Below are positions 13,030-25,409 of a stretch of 64,000 nucleotides of DNA, in pieces. Each line of letters opens with the position of its first letter. The first letter of the stretch is position 1. The position numbers and the translations under genes were made by a program. This stretch comes from Nemertoderma westbladi (Eukaryota > Animalia > Xenacoelomorpha). Where the stretch lies: contig JAUCBJ010006752.1 in assembly GCA_032718475.1 (NCBI GenBank), positions 37,179 through 101,178 of the forward strand, written 5' to 3'. The notes under the pieces were generated by a model. It was not told the origin of the DNA. It did no database searches and saw only the letters and a list, made by a program, of their open reading frames with translations.

Positions 13030-13154
13030 AGGTTCGCGTAGCTTTTGGGACTCGGGAAAGCGGCGGCTCCAGACAGCCGATGTGGTAGTGGCGTCGGCAA
13101 GTCTCGCAATGAGCCAATAGGTGCTGGTCGGAGGTCGTAGAACATTTGGCGCAT
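12980..13154 (-). CDS. PHF14: PHF14 exon 10 (third PHD finger)
   Basis: CAKCSTTSDQHLLAHCETCRRHYHIGCLEPPLSRVPK...WQCCEC; CTTTAG acceptor, GTTAGT donor. Confidence 0.93.
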
Positions 13155-13388
13155 CTAAAGGGTAATAAATCCTATAACTATACTGCAGGGAAACGGCGAC
13201 AGTAATACTATGCGACGGTTGGATGGGTGTTTACTGTTTAGTCTTGGTTTAAATTTACAATAGCAGCTAAATATATTCAACAATTTATTAATAGGCCAAA
13301 AATAAACTTTATTATGGTGTATGATTTCCAAACCGGTGTGTCAGCGGTGGTGCTTTCCAATTCAATCAATATTGATAAATCTACTAAC

Positions 13389-13585
13389 TCGTGGATAACT
13401 GTGTCAATGATAATATTGTCGTCGTCGACATCCGCAACATCTTCTTTACTCCTCAAAGTTACCGATAAGACGTCCGGGAGTTCTATTTGTGTCCCCAGAA
13501 TATTGCACAGATTATCATGAATTCGCATAGAAGGTCGACGAAATTTGTCGCATTCGGAGGAAAGCAATGATACTTTTTCATGTCC
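13389..13585 (-). CDS. PHF14: PHF14 exon 9
   Basis: TCCTAG acceptor, open frame, GTTAGT donor (phase 2) compatible with exon 10. Confidence 0.8.
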
Positions 13586-13685
13586 CTAGGACGATGCAAT
13601 AAAGTCTGTATACTATTTGTTTAAGCCACGAAAAGGAAATACAAGGGAACTCGTATAAAAGTCCTACACTGTCGGAACAACCAAC

Positions 13686-13874
13686 CTTATCGTATTTACT
13701 TCGAACGACGACTTGTTCCCTTAGCAACTGTAAGTTTTCCCTCTTCTTAGACTCGACTTCCGCCCGCAGTTCATCGATCTTCGTGTTTCGTTGCAGGAAG
13801 TACCCAATGAACTCTACGCTCAAGGCCGCCTGAGCGTGGCTCTTCTTCTTAGCGTCGTCCAATGAAACAACTCC
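13686..13874 (-). CDS. PHF14: PHF14 exon 8 (coiled coil)
   Basis: AALSVEFIGYFLQRN matches PALTADFVNYYFERN; ACTCAG acceptor, GTTGGT donor. Confidence 0.9.
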
Positions 13875-13958
13875 CTGAGTCAATAATAGTTTATCAAGTA
13901 TAATAAATATAAATCAACAGTTATGTGTCAGATGTCGTAGTAAGGTACCCCGCTCTAA

Positions 13959-16900
13959 ACCACCTGAGTTACCCACACTAACCCACCCAGGTACCCACAC
14001 TACCCCACCCAGTTACTCACACTAACCCACCCAGTTACCCACACTAACCCACCCAGGTACCCACACTAACCCACCCAGTTACTCACACTAACCCACCCAG
14101 TTACCCACACTAACCCAGCCAGTTACCCACACTAACCCACCCAGTTACTCACACTAACCCACCCAGTTACTCACACTAACCCACCCAGTTACTCACACTA
14201 ACCCACCCAGTTACCCACACTAACCCACCCAGTTACCCACACTAACCCACCCAGTTACTCACACTAACCCACCCAGTTACCCACACTAACCCAGCCAGTT
14301 ACCCACACTAACCCACCCAGTTACTCACACTAACCCACCCAGTTACTCACACTAACCCACCCAGTTACTCACACTAACCCACCCAGTTACTCACACTAAC
14401 CCACCCAGTTACCCACACTAACCCAGCCAGTTACCCACACTAACCCACCCAGTTACTCACACTAACCCACCCAGGTACCCACACTACCCCACCCAGTTAC
14501 TCACACTAACCCACCCAGTTACCCATACTAACCCACCCAGTTACTCACACTAACCCACCCAGTTACTCACACTAACCCACCCAGTTACCCACACTAACCC
14601 AGCCAGTTACCCACACTAACCCACCCAGTTACTCACACTAACCCACCCAGGTACCCACACTACCCCACCCAGTTACTCACACTAACCCACCCAGTTACCC
14701 ACACTAACCCAGCCAGTTACCCACACTAACCCACCCAGTTACTCACACTAACCCACCCAGGTACCCACACTACCCCACCCAGTTACTCACACTAACCCAC
14801 CCAGTTACCCATACTAACCCACCCAGTTACTCACACTAACCCACCCAGTTACCCACACTAACCCAGCCAGTTACCCACACTAACCCACCCAGTTACTCAC
14901 ACTAACCCACCCAGGTACCCACACTACCCCACCCAGTTACTCACACTAACCCACCCAGTTACCCACACTAACCCAGCCAGTTACCCACACTAACCCACCC
15001 AGTTACTCACACTAACCCACCCAGGTACCCACACTACCCCACCCAGTTACTCACACTAACCCACCCAGTTACCCATACTAACCCACCCAGTTACTCACAC
15101 TAACCCACCCAGTTACCCACACTAACCCACCCAGGTACCCACACTAACCCACCCAGTTACTCACACTAACCCACCCAGTTACCCACACTAACCCAGCCAG
15201 TTACCCACACTAACCCACCCAGTTACTCACACTAACCCACCCAGTTACTCACACTAACCCACCCAGTTACTCACACTAACCCACCCAGTTACCCACACTA
15301 ACCCACCCAGTTACCCACACTAACCCACCCAGTTACTCACACTAACCCACCCAGTTACCCACACTAACCCAGCCAGTTACCCACACTAACCCACCCAGTT
15401 ACTCACACTAACCCACCCAGTTACTCACACTAACCCACCCAGTTACTCACACTAACCCACCCAGTTACTCACACTAACCCACCCAGTTACCCACACTAAC
15501 CCAGCCAGTTACCCACACTAACCCACCCAGTTACTCACACTAACCCACCCAGGTACCCACACTACCCCACCCAGTTACTCACACTAACCCACCCAGTTAC
15601 CCACACTAACCCACCCAGTTACCCACACTAACCCACCCAGTTACTCACACTAACCCACCCAGTTACTCACACTAACCCACCCAGGTACCCACACTAACCC
15701 ACCCAGTTACTCACACTAACCCACCCAGTTACCCACACTAACCCAGCCAGTTACCCACACTAACCCACCCAGTTACCCACACTAACCCACCCAGTTACCC
15801 ACACTAACCCACCCAGTTACACACACTAACCCACCCAGTTACCCACACTAACCCACCCAGTTACCCACACTAACCCACCCAGTTACTCACACTAACCCAC
15901 CCAGTTACCCACACTAACCCAGCCAGTTACCCACACTAACCCACCCAGTTACTCACACTAACCCACCCAGTTACTCACACTAACCCACCCAGTTACTCAC
16001 ACTAACCCACCCAGTTACTCACACTAACCCACCCAGTTACCCACACTAACCCAGCCAGTTACCCACACTAACCCACCCAGTTACTCACACTAACCCACCC
16101 AGTTACTCACACTAACCCACCCAGTTACTCACACTAACCCACCCAGTTACCCACACTAACCCACCCAGTTACCCACACTAACCCACCCAGTTACCCACAC
16201 TAACCCACCCAGTTACTCACACTAACCCACCCAGTGACCCACACTAACCCACCCAGTTACCCACACTAACCCACCCAGTTACCCACACTAACCCACCCAG
16301 TTACCCACACTAACCCACCCAGTTACTCACACTAACCCACCCAGTTACTCACACTAACCCACCCAGTTACCCACACTAACCCAGCCAGTTACCCACACTA
16401 ACCCACCCAGTTACTCACACTAACCCACCCAGGTACCCACACTACCCCACCCAGTTACTCACACTAACCCACCCAGTTACCCATACTAACCCACCCAGTT
16501 ACTCACACTAACCCACCCAGTTACTCACACTAACCCACCCAGTTACCCACACTAACCCAGCCAGTTACCCACACTAACCCACCCAGTTACTCACACTAAC
16601 CCACCCAGGTACCCACACTACCCCACCCAGTTACTCACACTAACCCACCCAGTTACCCACACTAACCCAGCCAGTTACCCACACTAACCCACCCAGTTAC
16701 TCACACTAACCCACCCAGGTACCCACACTACCCCACCCAGTTACTCACACTAACCCACCCAGTTACCCATACTAACCCACCCAGTTACTCACACTAACCC
16801 ACCCAGTTACCCACACTAACCCAGCCAGTTACCCACACTAACCCACCCAGTTACTCACACTAACCCACCCAGGTACCCACACTACCCCACCCAGTTACTC

Positions 16901-18391
16901 ACACTAACCCACCCAGTTACCCACACTAACCCAGCCAGTTACCCACACTAACCCACCCAGTTACTCACACTAACCCACCCAGGTACCCACACTACCCCAC
17001 CCAGTTACTCACACTAACCCACCCAGTTACCCATACTAACCCACCCAGTTACTCACACTAACCCACCCAGTTACCCACACTAACCCACCCAGGTACCCAC
17101 ACTAACCCACCCAGTTACTCACACTAACCCACCCAGTTACCCACACTAACCCAGCCAGTTACCCACACTAACCCACCCAGTTACTCACACTAACCCACCC
17201 AGTTACTCACACTAACCCACCCAGTTACTCACACTAACCCACCCAGTTACCCACACTAACCCACCCAGTTACCCACACTAACCCACCCAGTTACTCACAC
17301 TAACCCACCCAGTTACCCACACTAACCCAGCCAGTTACCCACACTAACCCACCCAGTTACTCACACTAACCCACCCAGTTACTCACACTAACCCACCCAG
17401 TTACTCACACTAACCCACCCAGTTACTCACACTAACCCACCCAGTTACCCACACTAACCCAGCCAGTTACCCACACTAACCCACCCAGTTACTCACACTA
17501 ACCCACCCAGGTACCCACACTACCCCACCCAGTTACTCACACTAACCCACCCAGTTACCCACACTAACCCACCCAGTTACCCACACTAACCCACCCAGTT
17601 ACTCACACTAACCCACCCAGTTACTCACACTAACCCACCCAGGTACCCACACTAACCCACCCAGTTACTCACACTAACCCACCCAGTTACCCACACTAAC
17701 CCAGCCAGTTACCCACACTAACCCACCCAGTTACCCACACTAACCCACCCAGTTACCCACACTAACCCACCCAGTTACACACACTAACCCACCCAGTTAC
17801 CCACACTAACCCACCCAGTTACCCACACTAACCCACCCAGTTACTCACACTAACCCACCCAGTTACCCACACTAACCCAGCCAGTTACCCACACTAACCC
17901 ACCCAGTTACTCACACTAACCCACCCAGTTACTCACACTAACCCACCCAGTTACTCACACTAACCCACCCAGTTACTCACACTAACCCACCCAGTTACCC
18001 ACACTAACCCAGCCAGTTACCCACACTAACCCACCCAGTTACTCACACTAACCCACCCAGTTACTCACACTAACCCACCCAGTTACTCACACTAACCCAC
18101 CCAGTTACCCACACTAACCCACCCAGTTACCCACACTAACCCACCCAGTTACCCACACTAACCCACCCAGTTACTCACACTAACCCACCCAGTGACCCAC
18201 ACTAACCCACCCAGTTACCCACACTAACCCACCCAGTTACCCACACTAACCCACCCAGTTACCCACACTAACCCACCCTGTTACCCACACTAACCCACCC
18301 AGTTACCCACACTAACCCACCCAGTTACACACACTAACCCACCCAGTTACCCACACTAACCCACCCAGTTACCCACCCTAACCCACCTGAG
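13959..18391 (-). repeat. 22-bp tandem array (~200 units) starting at the exon 7 donor
   Basis: Unit GTGGGTTAGTGTG(G/A)GTAACTGG; fills almost the whole intron. Confidence 0.97.
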
Positions 18392-18629
18392 TGATCCCCA
18401 TAACTTCACTCTTACGGACTAGTTTCCGAAGGGCCGATGGACTCGCGAACACACTCCTCGGCTCCACCGCGTTGTACGACTCCACGGGTTTAATCGTCGC
18501 GCTCTGTTTGAGGTAACGGCGTCGCCATCCAGCCAACTTCCGCTCCGATCTGTCGTCATGACGAACCTCGTGGTTCCGTAACTGAGACATTAACACGAGA
18601 TGTTGTCTCTTCTTCTGTTTCATATCTTG
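18387..18629 (-). CDS. PHF14: PHF14 exon 7
   Basis: ...PRSVFASPSALRKLVRKSEVMGITQ matches PHF14 SASAIRKLMRKAELMGI; ATACAG acceptor, GTGGGT donor. Confidence 0.9.
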
Positions 18630-19429
18630 CTGTATGAAGGAATACCACTAATATTGTGAGGGACAAATAACATGGGTATGTAACATGACGGTACATGAAG
18701 TCATAATGAAGTCGATATAACAAAATAATGAGGACTAAAGAGAGCCCTCTATTGTCGTAATAAAGTATAGAGCAATTGAATGTGGAAGAACGCCTAATAT
18801 TTTATTATTGAATATAATATTACATCTGTTGATCAACAGATTGTACAAACATTTTAGTGGGGCGAACGGTGAAGTAAACGAGCTTACATATCTCACACCG
18901 CAGTTTCAAACGTTGTCTGTCGGCCTGCTTGTCGGCCTGTGTGTCTGTCGGCCTGTCTGTCTGTCGGCCTGTCTGTCTGTCAATCTGTCTGTCAGCAAAT
19001 GTTTGAAAGATAATATCTCAGTCAATATTTTTGATTAAATTAAACGAATTTTGGTACACAATCTGTCTGTCAAATATGTAGTCTGTTAAACTTAAAATAC
19101 TGTAATAGATTTTACAGGGGGAGATTTAGCAATTTCCAGTCTCCCGCTAGAGGGCCACTACGCAACGGTATGCTAAGCTAGACTACCCTACGCTACCCTG
19201 ATACCCTACGAACGTGTTTCTGAATAACACTGCTAAATTCCTGTATTTAGTTTAAAGATTCACCAAACCAAATGAAGACATAGTTAACACTATATTAATA
19301 ATTATTATAAAACATAATTATAAGGTAAAGCTCATGGTGAACACAGCTGTCTCGATTGGGAGATATGATCACACCCCGACCAAACCAACCCACCACCCCA
19401 GACCTATTACCATGTATTATTAAATTTAC

Positions 19430-19621
19430 CTTGTTAACGTGTTGTTTGCAGTAAATGTAGAAGGGATCCATATCAGCATTGGGGTCATCGAGGGTGGCTT
19501 CCGAGAGTAGACCCTGTCGTTGGGCGCAACTCACGTGGAAGTAGTTGCGACACATACCGGCGTCGCAACCAATACATATACCGGTACGGGCAAAGCGTTG
19601 GTCCTCACATAAGCAGCATTC
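19430..19621 (-). CDS. PHF14: PHF14 exon 6 (PHD2 of PZP module)
   Basis: ECCLCEDQRFARTGICIGCDAGMCRNYFHVSCAQRQGLLSEA...DPFYIYCKQH, diagnostic for PHF14; CTCTAG acceptor, GTAAAT donor. Confidence 0.95.
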
Positions 19622-20022
19622 CTAGAGAACAGATGGTAAGAAAGGATTAAACGGTGAGTCGGAAATTTTAGAAAATAATGATAAAAAAATGCCTGCTAAT
19701 TATTGAGTGACAAATATTTAACTGGTAATTAACAACTTTTTAAATATTACATTTTATCGGCCGAAATATGATTTTGCGTAGAAATTTTAAGATTTCTTTG
19801 CATCGATTGTTTTCAATTATAGATATTAACTAGGAGTGAATAGACTTGTAGATTATGACAGATGTCTGCTTATTGTTATGGTCTTGGGACGTTAGTGCCC
19901 GCGAGACATTAGTGCCTGCGGGCACTAAAGTCTCAGTACCTTTAGTGCCCGCGGTCACCTAGTCGCATTATCGCGGGCACTAATGTCCCATGAGACGTTA
20001 GTGCCCGCGAGACATTAGTGCC

Positions 20023-22369
20023 ATAGATAGATAGATAGATTTATTTATACATTATGTAAAAACAATAACAACTACACCAAACAATATACCGGTATAAAGG
20101 TAGTGTCCAACATAACATATAGGATTACCCCTAAAGCTTTGCAGCTTATTTCCAAGGGGGTCCTTTATGTTACTTGGTTACAAATACAATATTACACTAC
20201 GCTAACCTAAAACCAATATAAAACGTAATTACACTATGTACATGTACAACTTTACCGAGAGCGTGACAATGCCCGACTCAACGATAAAGATGTAATGTAC
20301 AGAACAATTTATTATAAAACGTAATTACAGTATAAATAGTAAATAATTAATAAACTAATAACTTACTGTAGAACTATTGTACCTATTTTTACATTGCACA
20401 CGGAGGTGAGATTTAACTGCAGATTTAAAAGAATGTGGATTATCTAGGTTTTTAATTTCATTAGGCAGAGCGATCCAATTTTTAATGCTGTTAAAACAGA
20501 AAGTATCAGATTCAAAGGATTTACAATTCGGGAGGTAGAAGTTTGAAGCACTAGCTCTGGTACTGTAAGAGTGTGTATCGCGTACTCTGTTGAATTTTTG
20601 TTTTAGGTAATTGGGACATTTACCATTATACACTTTATGCACATGGTTAAGGCGTAGCTGCTTAACTCTACTATCTAAGTTAAGTAGTCCAGATTCAGAA
20701 AAGTCATCTGGAGTTAGGTGGTGCCTATGTTTGTAGTCTTTAATAAATCGTACTACTTTATTCTGAGCTACTTGTAATTTACATTTAAGCTGTTTGGTTA
20801 AGCCTTCATACCAAGAAGGGCACGCATAGTCCATGTGACACTGTATTAAAGAAGAGCATAGTAACTTGCGGGAGTCGGTGTTCAAACTATTTTTATTTCT
20901 GTATAGGAACCTAAGCCTACTGTTAACTTTCGAGGAAATATTTTTCACTGTACTTTCTCCTGATAAGCAGTTATCCAATGTGGCGCCTAAATATTTAACT
21001 TCCTTTTTATTTTCAATCTTATATCCATTACTAGTGACTTCAAACTTAGTTACCTTCTTTAACTTTCTTTTGGAACCAAACAAAATACTTTCAGTCTTAC
21101 TGCTTACCGTAGTGAATGGATAGCTTATTATCAACCAACCACTCATTACAGGATTCTAGAACTGCACTTAACTTTTGGGAAATATGGATAGGATCTTTAT
21201 GAGAGAAAATAAGAGCACTGTCGTCGGCATATAAAATGAGTTTAAAATCGGGATCTATACTACTTATCATATCATTTACATAGCATACAAAAAGCAGAGG
21301 ACCTAATATACTACCTTGCGGTACACCACAGGTAACCTCTTGTACAGTAGACTGCGATTTGCTAATGACTACAGTTTGACCTCTGTCTGACAGGTAGGAC
21401 TTGAACCAGTCTATAGAACCTACACCCATCAGGCCTAACTTACCAAGCAGAATTTCGAGATCGACAGTATCGAAAGCCTTTTGTAGGTCCAACATTACCA
21501 TACCAGTATATAAACCCTTTGCGTTATTACATCTAATTGTATCAGTTAAGTTAATAAGGCAGGTGTCTGTAGAATATGATTTACGAAAACGGACTGAAGT
21601 TCATAGATCAGATTTAGCCTACTAAGATGTGCCTCCAGCTGTAGAAAAACAGAACGTTCTAGAATTTTAGATACAATACTTAAGGTCTGTAATTACAGGG
21701 TTCTACTTTACTATTCTTTTTATACAGAGGGACAACCTTAGCTAATTTCAGTTCGTCTGGTACTACATTATCTACGATAGAGTAATTAATAATAAAAGTA
21801 ATAGGTACTTTAAGTACTTCAGCACCATCCTTAAGAAAACGGGCAGGTATTAGGTCTAGACCGGTACTTTTTGAGGCTGATAGGCTAAGTAGATTTTGAA
21901 AAACGAAATCCTCAGAAACGGGTTTTAAAAATAACTTTTCTGAATTTTGTAACTCTTCTAAATAAAAATTATTTAGAGTTTCGGACCCTATAAACTATAT
22001 TTATTTCTTGGTAACGGTAACTTCTTAACTAAATTAGAGGCAACATTAGTAAAATAATTATTAAATAAATTACTAACTATAGAGTATGATCATGAATCAG
22101 CTCACCGTTAGACTTTTAGGATTATCTTTATTCTCACTTATTTTGTTGTACAAATATTCAGATTTAGCTTTTTTTATTTCCCGTTGGACAAGGTTTCTAT
22201 ATTTGCAGTAATTATTATAATCAGCTGAAACATGGTATTTTCTAAATTTATACAAATAGTTATCTCTTTCTCTGATATTACTAAGAATACCCGAGGTCAT
22301 CCAGGGCTCAGTGCGTTGTTTAAGACTAATTTCTATAATTGGTGCTACAGTATTAAGTTTATTGATAGT
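20023..22369 (-). mobile_element. Decayed, 5'-truncated LINE (CR1/L2/Crack group)
   Basis: Frameshifted RT pieces [28 protein letters not shown]; 3' tail of (TCTA)n at 20023-20040. Confidence 0.9.
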
Positions 22370-22606
22370 AACAATGTGTTGGCAAGCTGTATTTTTCGAG
22401 GTGTTTGTTATTATACATTTTATTATATAAGAAGGGATCTAGGGGTCTTTACCTCGAATGATAAGTTTATTTTACCGAAAATAACTTATCTTTTATTGGC
22501 GCAATTGTAGGACTAATCCCATCACATGCGTACTTTTTAACCGGGTAGTGTACAAATTTAGGAATCGCGTAATTTTTCTTGAAATTAATATCTCATATCT
22601 CTCCAA

Positions 22607-22649
22607 ACCACGTACGCGTTTCGACCTTACTGGGTCTCATCAGCGTGGT
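22607..22649 (-). ncRNA. Minimal type I hammerhead ribozyme, copy 1
   Basis: Minus strand reads ACCACG-CTGATGA-GACC(CAGTAA)GGTC-GAAA-CGCG-TA-CGTGGT: complete core, 6-bp stem I, 4-bp stem II, palindromic minimal stem III, GUA cleavage triplet. Confidence 0.9.
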
Positions 22650-23018
22650 GTCGGATTCGAACCTGGGACCTCGAGGCGGAAGCCGAGACTACAACCACTA
22701 GGCCACAGGTTCTTGAGATATGGATTATTAATTTCAAAGACAGCTGCCATTTTATTAGCCCCTGATTTTTGATTATTGATAGTAACAATGTGTTGGCAAG
22801 CTGTATTTTTCGAGGTGTTTGTTATTATACATTTTATTATAAGAAGGGATCTAGGGGTCTTAACCTCGAATGATAAGTTTATTTTACCGAAAATAACTTA
22901 TCTTTTATTGGCGCAATTGTAGGACTAATCCCATCACATGCGTACTTTTTAACCGGGTAGTGTACAAATTTAGGAATCGCGTAATTTTTCTTGAAATTAA
23001 TATCTCATATCTCTCCAA

Positions 23019-23061
23019 ACCACGTACGCGTTTCGACCTTACTGGGTCTCATCAGCGTGGT
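23019..23061 (-). ncRNA. Minimal type I hammerhead ribozyme, copy 2
   Basis: Identical motif 412 bp from copy 1. Confidence 0.9.
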
Positions 23062-23200
23062 GTCGGATTCGAACCTGGGACCTCGAGGCGGAAGCCGAGA
23101 CTACAACCACTAGGCCACAGGTTCTTGAGATATGGAGTATTAATTTCAAAGACAGCTGCCATTTTATTAGCCCCTGATTTTTGATTATTTCGAATCCGAC

Positions 23201-23243
23201 ACCACGCTGATGAGACCCAGTAAGGTCGAAACGCGTACGTGGT
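23201..23243 (+). ncRNA. Minimal type I hammerhead ribozyme, copy 3 (inverted)
   Basis: accacg ctgatga gacc cagtaa ggtc gaaa cgcg ta cgtggt read directly on + strand. Confidence 0.9.
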
Positions 23244-23432
23244 TTGTGAGAGATATGAGATATTAATTTCAAGAAAAATTACGCGATTCTTAAATTTGTA
23301 CACTACCCGGTTAAAAAGTACGCATGTGATGGGATTAGTCCTACAATTGCGCCAATAAACGTTAAGTTATTTTCGGTAAAATAAACTTATCATTCGAGGT
23401 AAAGACCCCTAGATCCATTCCTATAATAAAAT

Positions 23433-23830
23433 CTCTAGATGGCACATTCACAAGAATGCTACTCCGGGTTCACTGTGGCAAGTACAATGAACACATCTCC
23501 AATAAGACTCTATACAACATTGGAGGTGTTCCATTAATCACCCCTAGCTTGACACTTGAACGGAACCGCCTCCGCTTTGCAGGACATTGCTTTCGCCGTG
23601 AGGACCAGCCAGTGCATAATCTTGTACTTTGGCGGCCTCATGGAGCGAATAAGCATGGTGGCAGCCATGACTTTCTTGAGACGTATCTTAAAGGACACTG
23701 GCCTTGAAGATGCGGATGATCTAGCAAATGTCATGGGTGATTTCGAGTTGTGGCGGCGCAATTTTGTCGACAAGCCGGCACAGCTTTCTTAATATATATA
23801 TAATGCAGCTGCAATGCAGCATGCAATGCA
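23433..23830 (+). mobile_element. RTE-clade LINE 3' fragment
   Basis: RLRFAGHCFRREDQPVHNLVLW; same family as the 50520-52545 copy. Confidence 0.85.
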
Positions 23831-23859
23831 TCGTGATAGTAGTAGTCTACAGGGAGATT

Positions 23860-24050
23860 GTATTAGCCCTACGCAATTGGCTGCCACCATTCGCTTTCTG
23901 TTTGAAGCCGACGACCTGGCAATCTACTCCCGAAATCCCATTGACATCCAGAACGCGTTAAATAAATTACATAAATGGTGCAATCTTAATGGAATGGAGG
24001 TCAATTTGGTGAAAACCAAAATAATTAAGTTTAGAAAAGGCTTAGAAAAA
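23860..24050 (+). pseudogene. Short RT fragment
   Basis: ADDLAIYS..QNALNKLHKWC..MEVNLVKTKII. Confidence 0.65.
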
Positions 24051-24670
24051 ATATACAGTAAAATTACTTTACGGTATTGAAAAAGCTATTACGTTACGGT
24101 TTACGATACGGAAAAATATTGAACTACGGAATTCCTGAAAAGATACCGTAACGTAACGTAATAACATCCTTTTCTCAAACTAATGTTATTAGCCAAAAAA
24201 TAAGAGCTAGTCTGATTTTTGACAAGCCTTCGAGCAGCACGATATTTTATAATTAAATACGGCCCTTTTCATAAAAAAAAACCTTTCACGGTACAGAATT
24301 GAATAAAATTGCTTGAATAAATTCAAATTTTCATTTAAACTCTGCGGAGTAGCCGAACGTATGGGGGTGGTGGAAATTCAAAATGGCAGAAATAACATTT
24401 TTAAAAATAAATTCTACCAAAACTGAAATAATATTGTTAAAGTCTAAATCAAGAAATCAATTACGAGATACAAATCTTGAAATGTTGTAAGTTATTTTCT
24501 GATAATATTTCATCGCCGCGCGGATTCACGGACTATTTGTTTCATTACAAATCGGAATATTAAATAACAAAATGATAATGGGAAAACATTAATATGTACA
24601 TTATAAACACCGATGGATGGATAAAACGAATGATAAATGAGAAACTACAATAGTTTATGAAATTATCGAT

Positions 24671-25409
24671 TTACACCGAGTGCGACCCGTAGTCAGTGGA
24701 ACTACAGCTGTAGAACCACACGGTATTGGAATCCTTCGCAAAGTCCTTCTTCTCGTGGAGTCGTTCACCGGTGAAGAGATTAGCTGCGAGTAGAACCCGA
24801 TAGGGGCGACAACTTTCCGAAGTGGATAAACTCTGGACGAGAACAGCGAGAAGGTAACGAACATCGGCGAACTGGTCGGGATCGGACCAGGGGTTACCTC
24901 GGAGTCGGATTACCATCGAGGTGCCCTCGTTTCGGACGCACTTGACCCCTCTGGACCAGTGGGCCGCGACGAGCGTGCGGATAAACTCGCCGACGTCGTC
25001 CGGGGCTCCGATAACGCGAACTTTACCGCGCTCGTTGGTGCTCACGGAGAAGGTGTTCAACGCGTAGCGATGCGTCGCCCTCTCGAACACGAAGAACCGG
25101 TGCGTCCGGAATATTTGGAAGTTGGACGGGGATACGGACCAGCCCTGTCCGGCGAGCGTGGCGAACACGCGTCCGAGGAGGAGTCGCGAGTCGATCGCTT
25201 CGTGGCTCGAACTCGGCGGCTTCCAGGGCTGCCCGCCCAACTCGTACTCCCAACTGCTGCCTAGCAACGTCTGGCCTTGGATACCGCGGGGCCAGGCTCG
25301 ACGCAGCGCTCCCCTAACAACGGAGATCATGGCTTTAGGAGCGTCCGACAGACGGAGTCGATTGTGATTGGTTAATGAGATTAGAAGGCGTTGATTAGGG
25401 GGCTTCAAA
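24671..25409 (-). CDS. Nested gene exon 2, uncharacterised repeat-domain protein
   Basis: TTTCAG acceptor matches exon 1 phase; two repeats ISLTNHNRLRLSDAP..AWPRGIQ..YELGGQPW and VSTNERGKVRVIGAP..HWSRGVK..IRLRGNPW; joined CDS 1428 nt. Confidence 0.8.

Larger units (their letters stand above)
22360..23432 (-). mobile_element. Hammerhead-bearing tRNA-headed non-autonomous retroelement (retrozyme/Penelope-like): two ~412-bp tandem units plus inverted partial unit
   Basis: Direct repeat 22360-22774 / 22775-23188; inverted copy 23189-23432; A box TGGCCTAGTGG and B box GGTTCGAATCC immediately 5' of the ribozyme; no credible ORF. Confidence 0.8.

Noticed and set aside
13959-18391. Telomeric repeat or interstitial telomere
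   Set aside because: Contains GGGTTAG, but the unit is 22 bp and traces to the exon 7 donor; there is no (TTAGGG)n run.
22548-23303. Duplicated 74-83 aa ORFs
   Set aside because: Non-ATG or motif-free frames across the hammerhead repeat; no GIY-YIG or RT motifs.
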